From Octopus vulgaris (Eukaryota), in contig OX597827.1 in assembly GCA_951406725.2 (NCBI GenBank), forward strand, positions 1,674,001 to 1,738,000: DNA of 64,000 bases, written 5' to 3'. The position numbers and the translations under genes were made by a program. The notes under the pieces were generated by a model. The model was not told where the DNA came from and did not search any database. It worked only from the letters and a program-made list of their open reading frames with translations. This document shows, one piece after another, positions 27,300-39,776 of the stretch. Within the stretch, counting starts at the first letter, position 1, and every line of letters begins with the position of its first letter.

Positions 27300-28523
27300 C
27301 AGGATGCATAAGGTATTTGAGGACATACATTTTTTGGGTCATTGCTGCATGTTTTGCTAACTCTTTATAATCCTAGTTTCAGAAAATAATAATGGCAGAC
27401 GCTCAGCTTACTCAAGAAATGAAGAAGCATGCTGCTATTGTGGTTATAAAGGTTGCGTATAGCGATTTAGAAATATCTCGATTTTTAAAAGTTGTCAGAT
27501 TTTACATCTACAGAGATTGTAAGGAATTTAGAGACTGAAGATGGAGATGTATCACCAGTATCAAAGCATAAAAAGCATCCTAAATGCTCTGAAATCATTG
27601 GAACATCTGAATTTATCCAGCAAGTTCAACAGACTATTGATTACAATCCCAGAAAATCCATGAGGTCAATTGCAAAAGATCTCCATGTATCAGAAGGAAC
27701 AGTCAGAAATGTTGTCCATGAAGACATCAGATATAAATGATGAGGAAAGGTCAATTTGTCGGAAAGAGCAAAAGAAAATCATTACATCAGATCTAGAAGT
27801 CTCTTAAACAAACTGAAAAATACAGCAGAAGATTTGGTTTTTCTCAAACAGAAAAACTTTGACCAAGATCGAAAAGTTAACAGCATTGATAGATGGTTAT
27901 GTGCAGACCCTTCTGAAGTTCCATGTGTTATGCATACAAAATTTCCTGCAACTGTCATGGTTTTAGGGATTGTTAGCAATGAAGAACATATGATGCTTCC
28001 TTACTTCTTTCCAGATGGCCTTAGAGTTAACTCTGCTGCCTATATTGAGATCCTGGAAATACTTAAGCCCTGGATAGACAGTGTATGTAATATAAGACCA
28101 TATGTGTTTCAGTAAGACTCTGCACTATCACATATAGTTCTAGTAACAGAGGGATATTTGGCTGAAAATTTTCATGATCCCATAATTCCTAACATTTGAC
28201 TTTCTAATTCCTCAGATCTCCATCCATTGGACTATTACATGTGGAGTATTGTTAAGAGAGGTCAATGAACATGCCCATAACACCAAAGATTCTTTGAAAG
28301 CTGCCACAGTCAGTAATGTCCAAAATGAACCCAGACGATGTAGATGATTTAGCTCTGATATGGAAGCAGTTGTTGAAGCTGAAGATGGCGTTATTGAATA
28401 ACATTATAGAAAAGAAGGTTTATCTTTATCCTCATATTTTTTGATAAATAAAGTTATTATCTGTTATTATATATATGTTTTTTTTTTATAAACACAAATC
28501 TGTCCTCAAATATTTTAAGCAAC

Positions 28524-28526
<3 letters not shown>
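27300..28526 (+). mobile_element. Full-length decayed maT (DD37D) Tc1/mariner transposon
   Basis: 26-bp imperfect TIRs caggatgcataaggtatttgaggaca / tgtcctcaaatattttaagcaacctg. The transposase starts at ATG 27393 and has HTH PRKSMRSIAKDL. FQ*DSALSH...SSDLHPLDYYMW has 37 residues between the last two Asp. Stops and frameshifts are present. Confidence 0.9.
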
Positions 28527-28565
<39 letters not shown>

Positions 28566-28589
28566 TCAAAATATTAAATTCTAGTCATA

Positions 28590-28649
28590 GACTTACCAAA
28601 GGTTTCAAATCCATGAAAGCCACAGCCTCGTGGACACCTCATCAGACTC
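28590..28649 (-). ncRNA. Hammerhead ribozyme motif (isolated PLE terminal-repeat relic)
   Basis: Minus strand gagt-CTGATGA-ggt-gtccacga..tcatggat-tt-GAAAC-c ttt g-GTA-agtc. Stem I pairs 3 of 4 and stem II pairs 7 of 8. Confidence 0.6.
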
Positions 28650-28738
28650 GATACTAAAACAGAAAAATTAAACTTTTTCTTTCAATAATTACTGCTCTAT
28701 TCTTTACAGTGTGTTTCTTTTCTCATCTAGGTTTTATT

Positions 28739-28785
<47 letters not shown>

Positions 28786-28789
28786 CTTT

Positions 28790-29333
28790 TATTCTTTTAC
28801 TTGTTTCAGTCATTTGAATGCAGCCATGCTGGAGCACCGCCTTTAATCGAGCAAATTGACCCCAGGACTTATTCTAAGTAAGCCAGCATCAATTGTCAAG
28901 CATTGTTGGGCACACAAACACACATACATATATATATACGATGGGCTTCTTTCAGCTTCTTTTTTCTTTACTACCCACAAGGGGCTAAACACAGGGGACA
29001 AACAAGGACAGACAAAGGGATTAAGTCGATTATTTTGACCCCAGTGCGTAACTGGTACTTATTTAATTGACCCTGAGAGGATGAAAGGCAAAGTCGACCT
29101 CGGTGGAATTTGAACTCAGAATACCGCTAAGCATTTCGCCCGGCATGCTAACATTTCTGCCAGCTTGCCGCCTTAGGGGTTTCTTTCAGTTTCTATCAAT
29201 CAAATCCACTCACAAGGCTTTGGTCAGCCCAACGCTATAGTAGAAGACACTTGCCAAAGGTGCCACGAAGTAGGACTGAACCCGGAACCATGTGGTTGGT
29301 TAGCAAGCTACTTACCACACAGCCACTCCTGCG

Positions 29334-29336
<3 letters not shown>
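28790..29336 (-). mobile_element. Family A SINE interrupted by a family B SINE (28956-29176)
   Basis: Family A tail on the left and head on the right. The inner SINE is flanked by gggcttctttcag (28943-28955) and gggtttctttcag (29177-29189). Confidence 0.85.
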
Positions 29337-29379
<43 letters not shown>

Positions 29380-30324
29380 CAGAGAGAGAGAGAGCAAGAG
29401 AGAGAGCAAGAGAGAGAGAGGGAGAGAGAGGGAGAGGTGAGGGAAAGTAGATAGATAAATACATAGACAAATACATACTGCAGTTTACACACACACACAC
29501 ACACACACATACACAGACACACACGCATACATATATGTATAGACTGATAGATTGATAGATAGATTCTATGAGATATATATGCATATGAGGCTGTGTAGGT
29601 GTGTGCAGGTGCCATGTCATGCCTTTGCATTTATGGTCTGCAATATGTGTTAGAGTGTGGGTGAGTGCATGTGTGTGACTGCACACGCGCGCGTGTGTGT
29701 GTGTGTATGTACACATTATACATATGACAGAAGCAAGTAAAAGATAAGATATAGAATAATACATATACACATAGATATATATATATCATTATGGTTATGT
29801 CTGCATGAGCTCCTGTGTATATGTATATATGTGTGTGTGTGTGTGTGTGTGTCTGTGGGTGTGAGAAGCACTATGAAAGAGCTCACATATGTCTTATATG
29901 CCATGGAGAATCCAAGAATCTGTTGTGTAAGGAGAGAAGGCGAGCATGTTTACCTTCATCTCAAATCAATGGAAGCAGATGTTCCGTGGATAAGAAATTT
30001 GGAAAAGCAAAATGAGAAAATGTTAAATCTTTCTGTTGTTGTTGCTGTTGTTGTTGCTGCTTTATTTATTTGCTGTCAGTTATAAGATGACATTTTCAAG
30101 CCTTCCAGGAACACCTCGGAGTCGCGATCATTCCTTGTATGCGCTTGTGTGCACATGTGCATGTGAGTGTATGTATTGCGTTTGTATACGTACACATGCA
30201 TAGACATATATATATACGTAAATATATACATATGTATGTGTGTGTGCGTTTGTGTATTTGTACATATATATATATATCTATATATATATATATCTAAATA
30301 TATATAAATATCTATAAATATATA

Positions 30325-30372
<48 letters not shown>

Positions 30373-30544
30373 ATACATACACACACACACATATATATAT
30401 ACACACACAAACACATTCACATATATATGTAAATATATACGTATACGTATATGTATGCATGGATGGATCCCTCGTTATTGCAGTTTAACTGTCACAAACC
30501 CTTTCTCTGGTGTTTGGTTTCTCACATTTTTCTGTATCTTTCAA

Positions 30545-30581
<37 letters not shown>

Positions 30582-31971
30582 ATATATATATATATATATA
30601 TATCTTTCTATCTCTACCTATCTTTCTATCTATCTCTCCATCTATCATTCTTATGTGACATTTAGTCTTACCACCTTTGCCTATCTCTCTGTCTATCTCG
30701 CTTTCTGTATCCATCTGTAATTAGATTCTACCTTCCACAATAGCTTTTACTCTTTCCTTCTCTTTCTCTTTCTCTCTCTTTCTCTTTTGACTCCTACTAT
30801 CACCCTCATTCTTCTTTACTCCTTCTTTCTCTTTATCTTTCCCCGCCATCGCTTTCTTTGTCTATAACACTATAAAAATACCTTGTCTTCTCATTCAATT
30901 TATTCTCTCCAACCACTCTCTCTCTCTCTCTCTCTCTCTCTCATTCTCTCTCTCTCTCTCATTCTCACTCTCTCTCTCTCCCTCCCTCTTCTTCGAAGTA
31001 TCTCTCTTCTGCTCTTCAAATTTCTTTCTCTCTCTTCCATAATCTGAGTCTCTCTTTTTCTCTCACCTAATCTTTTTCTTTCTCTCTCATAATATATGAT
31101 TGATTGATTGATTCTAGTTTCAGCTCATGAGCTGTGGCCATGCTGGGGCACCGCCGGGCTAATCACAGAGGGGACAAACAAGGACAGACAAACGGAACAA
31201 GTCGATCACATCGACCCCAGTGCGTAACTGGTACTTAATTTATCGACCCCGAAAAGATGAAAGGCAAAGTCGACCTCGGCGAAATTTGAACCCAGAATGA
31301 TTACGCTCATAATATAAATCTTTCTAACTTACTTTCCTTTCCTCACTCTAGCCCTGGTGTCGCCCCCTCTCTCTCACTCTCTCTTTCTCTCTTTCTCTCT
31401 TGCTCTTTCTCTCTCTTTTCCTTCTTTCTATCTAATTCATTGTCACAATTTTCTTCTCACTAAAATCTCCTAAATCCCTCTCTGCTTACACTTTACACTT
31501 TCCTTTACTCCATGCACCTCTCCTTCTTTTAAACTTCTTCTCTCTCTGTCTCTCTCTCTCTCTCCCTACCCAAGTTTTCCACTCCTCTTTCGGTCTCTCT
31601 TCCTCTTTCGGTCTCTCTTCCTCTCTCCAAGTATCCCTCCTTCTCTCCCGCTCCCTTTCCCCGAATTTATCCCTTCCTCTCCTTCTCACTCCTTCTCACC
31701 ATTTTCTTTCCTTCTCTCAAAGTTTCTCTTTTCTCCCTCAAAGTTTTTCTCTCCTTCTATCCATTTCTCCTCTCCTTCTCTTTGAATCTCTCTTCCTCAA
31801 AGTCTTTCTTCCTTTCTCCAACTCTCTCTCTCTGTTTCTCCAAGTTCTGTTCCTCATTCAGTATCTCTCTCTCAATTTCCTTCTCTCTTTTCACTACTCA
31901 CTCTCTCTCTCTCTCTTACTCCCTTTCATTCTCTCTCTTTCTTTCTCTCTGTGACTCTCTCATTCACTCAC

Positions 31972-32123
31972 CTGTAGCAAACATCCCTGACAGACATGTA
32001 AAGACAGGTAGAAAAAGTCAAGTTGTTCTTCAATCCCTTAGGTGACGATAGAGAGCCTTATTGTATAACCAGAAGCTTAGTTTGTACAGAGATGTGGAAT
32101 GTAGGTTTATAAAATGTGAGCAC
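31972..32123 (-). other. Candidate non-coding or UTR exon
   Basis: Minus strand ...atattcAG|GTGCTC...GCTACAG|GTGAGT. It is a unique-sequence island between microsatellites, with stops in all three frames. Confidence 0.25.
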
Positions 32124-32496
32124 CTGAATATATTTGCAAACGTGTATGTCTACCTGTCCTTCAGTTCATCTGTTTGTTACACACATACACACACACATGC
32201 ATATATATGTATACACATATACACACACATATATGTATATACATATATATACACATATACACACACATATAAGTATATACGTATATATACACATACACAC
32301 ATACTTATATGTATATACATGTATAAATTAAATTAATCTATAGCTATCTATCTATCAATCAATATATATATCTGTGTTTGTGTATGTGTGTGTTTGTGAA
32401 CGTATGTGTGTGTATAAAATATAAATGCATATGTATATAGATAGACAAACAGATCGATAGATAGATTGACATACAGATATATATATATATATATAT

Positions 32497-32599
<103 letters not shown>

Positions 32600-32992
32600 G
32601 ATAGATAAATAGATAGGTAGATAGATAAATAGATAGATAGATCGGTAGGTAGATAGATATATAGAGAGATATATTTTGTTAATATTTGGTTATAAAGCTA
32701 AAAGTTTGATTCTTAAACAAGGGGCACATTGAGTCTTTGCACATGGTGCATCCTTTTACTTAGTTCTAGTTTACTCTGATGGAAAGGAGTTCCAGCCGAC
32801 TGTCGGTGCTCTTCTTCCTCCCCCCAGCACTCACGTCCAAGATGTTCCACTGTCAAAGGAGTGAGTCGGCTGAGAGAGGGTCTGTAGCTTACTCACAACT
32901 GCAAAGGCTCCGAAACAATTACTGAAAGCATGGGACAAGCTAACAAATCATACTCACTTGCAAGTAACATCTATGATGCAAACACACGCACG

Positions 32993-33030
<38 letters not shown>

Positions 33031-33250
33031 CACACATACACACTATTGTTTGACAACCAGTGTTGGTGTGTTTACGTCTTCATAACTTAGTGATTTGGCA
33101 AAAGAGATTGATGGAATAAGAGCCAGGTTTAACCAAATATAAGTCCTGGTGTTGGTGATTTTGACTCGAAATTCTTTGAGGCTCCAGCATGGCCGTAGTC
33201 TAATGACTGAAACAAGTAAAAGATAAAAGATAAATGTCCAACATTCAAAG

Positions 33251-33306
<56 letters not shown>

Positions 33307-33309
33307 TAC

Positions 33310-33341
<32 letters not shown>

Positions 33342-33444
33342 TTATTTATATATATACATGTACATACGTGTGTATGTATGTATGTATATATCTGTGTTTG
33401 TATGTGTGTGTGTGTGTGTGTGCACATATATGTGTGCCTTATCT

Positions 33445-33790
33445 TGCCCCACCACCATCACTTGACAACCGATGTTGGTGTGTTTACATCCCTGTAGCTT
33501 AGCGGTTCAGCAAAAAGAGACCGATAGAATAAGTACTAGACTTACAAAGAATAAGTCCTGTGGTCGATTTCATTGACTGCCAGCAGTGCTCCAGCATGGC
33601 CACAGTCAAATAACTGAAACAAATACGATGAGCTTCTTTCAGTTTCCGTCTACCAAATCCACTCAAAAGGCTTTGGTCAGCCTGAGGCTATAGTAGAAGA
33701 TACTGGCCCAAGGTGCCATGCAGTGGGACTGAACCCAGAACCATGTGGTTGGGAAGCAAAACTTCTCCCCACATAGCCACGCCTGTGCCT
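33445..33790. mobile_element. Two family A SINE halves (tail on plus, head on minus)
   Basis: Tail 33445-33625 joins an inverted head at 33625-33790. Another tail lies at 33045-33235. Confidence 0.75.
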
Positions 33791-34083
33791 ACTTGACCAA
33801 GATGGGCATCAAAACTGTCCCTCACTCTCCCTACAGTCTAGACCTTGCTCCCTATAACATACGGCTGTTCCCCAAGCTGAAAGAGAAAATGAAGGAGGCT
33901 CTAACAAGGATCCTGGACACCTTCACATTGGGAGATTTCCACAGGGTCTTCATGAAGTAGATGGAGTGCTTGTGCATTGGGGTCAGCTGATTCTACGTTG
34001 AAAGTAATTTGAATTTTCAACATCTCCGAAATTAATAAATATGTCTCTCCTAAAAGTCTCAAAACTTCTGGAATGCACCTTGT
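33790..34083 (+). mobile_element. mariner transposase C-terminal remnant
   Basis: YLTKMGIKTVPHSPYSLDLAP..RLFPKLK resembles HPPYSPDLAPxDFxLFPKLK. TIR-like end aaacttctggaatgcaccttg. Confidence 0.7.
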
Positions 34084-34315
34084 GGCTTTCCTGAATACCC
34101 AGATATTTTTAGCACCGATCGAGTGGGAAAGGGAACCTGAGTGGTCAATGATGTGGATATTTTGAAAAGGAGTTTTTCTATATTTGATTCTGTAAATAAG
34201 AACATTTCTTTTGGCCAAACTCCATGCCTGAATCAAATGCAGACATTTTTATTAAATCAAGGTGTTTTTGCAGAATTATAGATATTTATAATTTCGATCC
34301 TTGCAAATACATATG

Positions 34316-34361
<46 letters not shown>

Positions 34362-34468
34362 TGCATGCAGGCAAAAACACAGACACATGCATCCCTTTTG
34401 CTTTCTATCTTTTACTTTCTATCACTCTCTATTTACATTCCATGTATACATACATATATGCATGTACT

Positions 34469-34532
<64 letters not shown>

Positions 34533-34689
34533 TACATATATCTCCACTTATTATTATTATTATTATTTATTTTCATTGTATTTTTATATTTATATTCATG
34601 TAACATCGTCTGTTTTTCCGTCCTTGTTTTTGTATACATTTGAAGCTTTTTTCCAAGGAATCTAATGCTCTTAGCTTAGTTTTTTCCTT

Positions 34690-35242
34690 GGGGCTGGCCA
34701 GGCTGGAGCAATCTCAAGATTAATCAGCCAAAATTGCGAGCTTGAAGCAGTCCAACGACATTACACAAAGACAGTTGCATCAATGGAACGAGTGAGTTAC
34801 TGGGACAGGTTGAAAGAGCTACAACTCTATTCCCTGGAACAAAGAGGGGAGAGGTAGGCAGTGATATATATATGGAAGATACTGGAAGGACTGGAACCAA
34901 ACTTTGGAATAAAGAGCTATAGCAGACCATGAACAGGACGTCACTGTGCTCTCCCCATTGTGCCAACTGCTTCATCTCGGGCAAGGACAATGTACTGCAA
35001 TAGCTTGGGTTTCAAGGGCCCACAGCTGCTTAACATGACCTCTGGCTCATCAAGATCCCGGATGAGCCAATATCTAAGCAAGAAACTCAAAAGAGGGCAG
35101 TAGCATCGAACTCCATCCTTCACCAGAAGCCGCACCGACAAAGGTAGAAAGTGGAAAGATGATTACCATGGCAGTGCTCCAGCATGGCCACAGTCATTGG
35201 ACTGAAACATGTAAAAGAATAAAAGAATAAGGAATAAAAGAA
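34690..35242 (+). mobile_element. CR1-group LINE 3' end including tail
   Basis: LEAVQRHYTK..SYWDRLKELQLYSLEQRGER*AVIYIWKILEG, ending gtgctccagcatggccacagtcattggactgaaacatg(taaaagaa)n. Confidence 0.8.
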
Positions 35243-35510
35243 TATATCTATATCTATATCTACCTATCTATCTACATCACTCTTTCACCACTCTTTCTCC
35301 CACTCTTTCTTCTGTTGGCCTGCTCGCTTAGCCAGCGGGGTGGCGTCATTCGAAGGCTAAAACAATGCAAACGCATTGTGACCAACGATGTGTAACAACA
35401 TCTGATGGTCTGGTCGGTCACGTGATCACGTGATATATATGCAATAAGGTCTATATATGCAATGACGCCCATACTTTATGTCCATGCATACATGCTCACA
35501 TACATATGTA

Positions 35511-35940
35511 TGAGGAGATGCTGTAAACTTCTTGGTTTGGGATAAAAGAAAATACAGGTGAATCAGTGAATTATGATTTTATTCAACATATTACCCTCAC
35601 AGATTCACATATTCATTGCAGAAGTCCTTCAGTTTTTCCAAGTCCTGTAAAAGAACTTTCACAATATCCTTAACCCTTCAGTGTTCAGATTATTCTGTCG
35701 AATGCTAATGCTTATTTATTCACATTGTTTTGAATTAATCAAGTATTGTTTTGTAGCTTCAAAATTTTGATGATGTTTAGTTTTTTGATAATTGGTTAGT
35801 TTTAGAATGCCGCAGTACTGTGCATGAGGGAGGACACAGATCTAGCCAGTTTGGATGAAAATCTGGTAGAATATTTGGACTGGATATAGCCAGTTTAAAT
35901 GCTAAAGGGTTAAAGCCAGGAAATTCTCAGCGCCTCCTTG
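35511..35940. mobile_element. mariner-derived MITE hosting a piggyBac-like MITE
   Basis: TA-flanked imperfect TIRs tgaggagatgctgtaaacttcttggttt / aagccaggaaattctcagcgcctccttg. Confidence 0.6.
35670..35913. mobile_element. piggyBac-like MITE (about 240 bp)
   Basis: TTAA|CCCTT...AAAGGG|TTAA. Homologous copies at 43052-43278 and 49664-49874. Confidence 0.8.
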
Positions 35941-36252
35941 TATATGCATATATGTATTCTTAGATTCTTGTGTGCTTTTATACATGTGCAGAATCTAGTG
36001 CTTTCACCATTGATAAGAAATTGGATAAAAAAAAAGAATAAAACCAAGAATGAACCAACCTAAATGTAGGCATGGCTGTGTGGTTAAAATGGTTTCAGGT
36101 TCAGTTCCACTGTGTGGCACCTTGGGCAAATGCCTTCAACTACAGTACTGGACATAGCAATGCCTTGTGAGTTAACTTGGTAGATGGAAACTGGGAATAT
36201 GGTGGATGGAAAACCCATCATATAAATATAAATGGTTATAATGTGGTGGTGA

Positions 36253-36575
36253 AAGTGCATGGATCAGTGGTTAGAGTGTCGAGCTCACAATCATGGGGTA
36301 GTGAGTTCGAATCCTGGACCAGGCTGCGTGTTGTGTTCTTGAGCAAGACACTTTATTTCACATTGCTCCAGTTCCCTCAGCTGTAGAAATGATTGGTGGT
36401 GGCAGTGGTGCCAAGCTGTATTGGCCCCTTTGCCCTTGACTTGAATGACATCGGTAGTGCTGGGAGGGGAGGCTGACATGCATGGGTGGCTGCTGGTCCT
36501 CTATAAACAACCTTGCCTGGGGTTGTGCCTCAGAGGGTGACTTTCTAGGTCATTCATGACTGAAAGGGGTCTTTA
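36253..36575 (+). mobile_element. tRNA-derived SINE, family E
   Basis: Family D-like head (GTGGTTAGAG..GAGTTCGAATCC..cttgagcaagacacttt) with a different body 'ggtgccaagctgtattggcccc..aaacaaccttgcc..'. Copies at 56947-57280 (+), ~54775-55072 (-) and a head at 7441-7600. Confidence 0.8.
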
Positions 36576-37752
36576 ATGTGGTAGTGTTGTAGTTAGTGGA
36601 AGCAATGATAGCCTTGTTAGGGACAATAGTGGTGGTGGCAATAGTAATGATGGTGGAGGGGATGGTTGTATTGTTGTTGTTGTTGTTGTGGTGGTGGTGG
36701 TGATGGCGGTAGTAGAGTTAGTTGTAATGGTGGTGTTAGCAGTGGAGATGATTATAATGGTGGAGGTAATAGTGGTGGTGGTGGTAGTGTCAGTGGTACA
36801 GATGGTTTCAACAGTGGTGGTGGTGGTGGTGACAGTGGCAAAGGTGGTGACGGTGGTGGTGGTGGTGGTGGTGGTGGTTACAGTAGTAGTAGCAGTAGTG
36901 GCAGTAGATGATGCTAGAGATGTTGGTGGCAGTGGTTAGCAGAAACTACACCCACCCCCACTCTACACCTCAAGCCCCCTAGTCCCCTCACCCCCACCCC
37001 CACACTTCCACCACCCCGTCGTCACCATCCTTCACCTCGACATGTCACTCTGATTCAAAAGATACAGATTTACGTCTGGGGATAAAAAGATCAATATGCT
37101 GATAAGGTGGGATAGTATTGATCTTTAGGATTGTTTTTGTTGTTTATGCACCACACAAGCTTCTTCCCCACCTTTTTACCTGTTAACGATCTTATTCACC
37201 TGATCTTTCTGGGGTCTTTTCTTTGCCATTGTAATCTACGTGCCCCCTCCTCCTCCTCGATTTTGCCCCCTCCCCTTCTTCTTCTTCTTCTTCTTCTTCT
37301 TCTTTTTCAATTTCTTTCTTTGCCTTATTGTTCTTGTTCATCTCTTTCTTTCCATCATTCTTTCTTGTTATTTTTCTTTGCCTGCAACAATCTTCTTTTC
37401 TTTGTCTACCTCTTTCTCTACCTATTCTTTTTTTCCCGTTTTTGTTTTTTGTCCCGTTCCTCCCTCCCCTCCTCACCCTCCCCCCCCACCACCACCACCA
37501 TCACCACTGCCATGTCATACTACCCTGCCACCACAACCCCACCACCACTGTCATAAATACTGTTGCTGCTGCTGCTGCTGTCACTGCTACCACTGCCACC
37601 ATCACCACGACCACCACCACTAACCACAACAATCACAAACCCACCACCTCCATCACCGTCTCCACCAATTCATTTTCTCTTGCAATTGGTCAACAACAGC
37701 ATCATTGATCACAGTTTAACAACCGACTAATCACCATTTTACTGTATTTCAG

Positions 37753-37786
37753 ATGAGAAAAATGACACGGTGACAAGGGAGTACCT
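37753..37786 (+). CDS. Candidate 34-nt micro-exon of an unidentified host gene
   Basis: Branch-like gactaat, then ttttactgtatttcAG|ATGAGAAAAATGACACGGTGACAAGGGAGTACCT|GTAAGT. Only one frame is open (xEKNDTVTREYL). Confidence 0.4.
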
Positions 37787-37935
37787 GTAAGTTGGTACAG
37801 AACAAATATGACAAAGAACATTACTTCAAGAGCCTGTAGAAACTCTGTATACTGTTTTCTTACCAATGTTTTTATATTCTATAGTGATATACATCACTAA
37901 AAGGTATACACATATATGCATATATACTCAAACTG

Positions 37936-38648
37936 TCATCATCATCATCATCATCATTGTATAACATCCACTTTCTGTGCTGGCATGGGTTGGACGGTTT
38001 GACTCAGGACTTGCAAGCCAGCCAGGAGGATGCAACAGGCTCCAATCTGATCTGGCAATGTTTCTACAGCTGGATGCCCTTCCTAATGCTAACCACTCTG
38101 AGAGTGTAGTGGGTGCTTTTTACATGCTACCAGTAAGGGAGCCAGTCAGGGGCACTGGCATCGACCACACTTGAATGGTGCTTTTTACATGCCAGTGGCA
38201 TGGGTGCCAGCCAGGCGGCACTGGCATCGGTCATGCTCAAATGGTGCTTTTTATGTATCAGCAGCATGGGAGCCAGTCAGGCGGCACTGCCATCGAACAC
38301 GCTCGAATGGTGCTTTTTATATGCCACCAGTACAGGAGCCAGTCAGATGGCACTGGTATCAACCACGCTTGAATGGTGCCTTTTACATGTCACCTGCATG
38401 GGTGGAAGTTAGGTGGCACTGGCATCGATCACACTTGAATGGCACTTTTTATGTGAGCCAATCAGGTGACACTGGCATCAACACTCTCAAATGGTGCTTT
38501 TTGTGTACCAACAGCATGGGAGCCAGTGAGTCAGCACTGGCATTGACCACGCTCGAACGGTGGTCTTTTATGTTCCACTGGCACAAGAGCCAGTCATGTG
38601 GCACTGGCATTGACCACACTCAAATGGTACATTTTATGTGCCACCGGG
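37936..38648 (-). mobile_element. RTE LINE 3'UTR copy with about eight 66-bp tandem units
   Basis: (CAT)n tail, family core, then unit starts at about 38112, 38177, 38243, 38309, 38375, 38441, 38493, 38559 and 38626. Confidence 0.8.
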
Positions 38649-38812
38649 ACATAGATATGTCAATCTATATATTCTTAAAATGTTTATACATTAACAAAAG
38701 ATACACTTATGTATATGCATTAAGTTTGTATGTATATAAACTCAATTTACTTTTAAATTCTTCAATAATATACATGTGTATATATATCAAATTTATATAT
38801 ATGCATAATTGC

Positions 38813-39155
38813 AGGCATGACTGTGTGGTAAAGAAGTTTGCTTCCCAACGATATGGTTCTGGGTTCAGTTCCATTGCATGGGACCTTGGGCAAGTGTCTT
38901 CTGCTGTGTGTGTGTGTGTGTGTGTGTGGTGAGGGTGCACACATGTATTTGTGTTTGTCCTCCATCAATGCTTGTCAACTAGTGTTGGTGAGTTTATGTC
39001 ACTGTAAACTAGCAGTTCAACAAAAGGAGACTGATAGAATAGGTACCAGGCTTAAAAAAGATTAAGTACAGGGGTCAGTTCTTTTGACTAAGATATTTTT
39101 CAAGGGGGTGCCCCAACATGGTCAAGGTCTAATGACTGAAACAAGTAAAAGGTAA
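38813..39155 (+). mobile_element. Family A SINE (diverged)
   Basis: Head caggcatgactgtgtggtaaag..gggttcagttcc..ccttgggcaagtgtctt, tail gactgaaacaagtaaaa. Confidence 0.75.
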
Positions 39156-39377
39156 AAAATAAAATATACATGTAGATATAATAAATTTGTATGTATATAA
39201 ACTCTGTTTTTATATTCTTAAATAATATACATCACCAAAAGATATACACATGTATGTATATATACTCAGTATGATTAACAACAGCAGTCTTTAAAAGGGA
39301 ATAACCACTATCATGGCACTGGGTTAAATGGTCTAATGGGCACTAAGGTTAAATGATCTATATGGATAGGCTGTAGT

Positions 39378-39776
39378 CAGGGCGAAATTAACCATTAAGC
39401 AAAATAAGTATGTGCTTCAGGCATCAAAGAAAGGTGAGCATCACAGAAATTGTGGATGGTTTACTACACAAAAGAAATCACTTTAAAAACTTGCTAAGTT
39501 AATATTCAAAGTGATTTTAGGTGAGTGGAAATATAATTTGAAAGTGGTCATGGTGTTGTAGTGGGGATCTGATCTTAAAAAAAGTAGGGAAAAACTATTC
39601 TGGAAGTATAGAAAAATAAACATTTAATTCCTATCTTGCTGTTAGTTTTGCTCTATTTTGAAAAAGAGAAATTTATTTTATGGTTTATTATTGTTTATAT
39701 TTTGAATTACTTATATATGAGGACACTAAAATCTTTTGAGTGCTTAGGGCATTTAATGGGTCTTAATTTGGCCCTG
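39378..39776. mobile_element. hAT-like MITE
   Basis: TIRs cagggcgaaatt / aatttggccctg. 8-bp TSD gctgtagt / gctttagt with one mismatch. Confidence 0.65.

Noticed and set aside
36666-36939. Gly-rich protein ORF
   Set aside because: It is a (GGT)n compound microsatellite with no splice support.
38112-38648. CRISPR-like regularly spaced array
   Set aside because: Whole 66-bp units are homologous with no unique spacers, there are no cas genes, and the context is a eukaryotic LINE 3'UTR.
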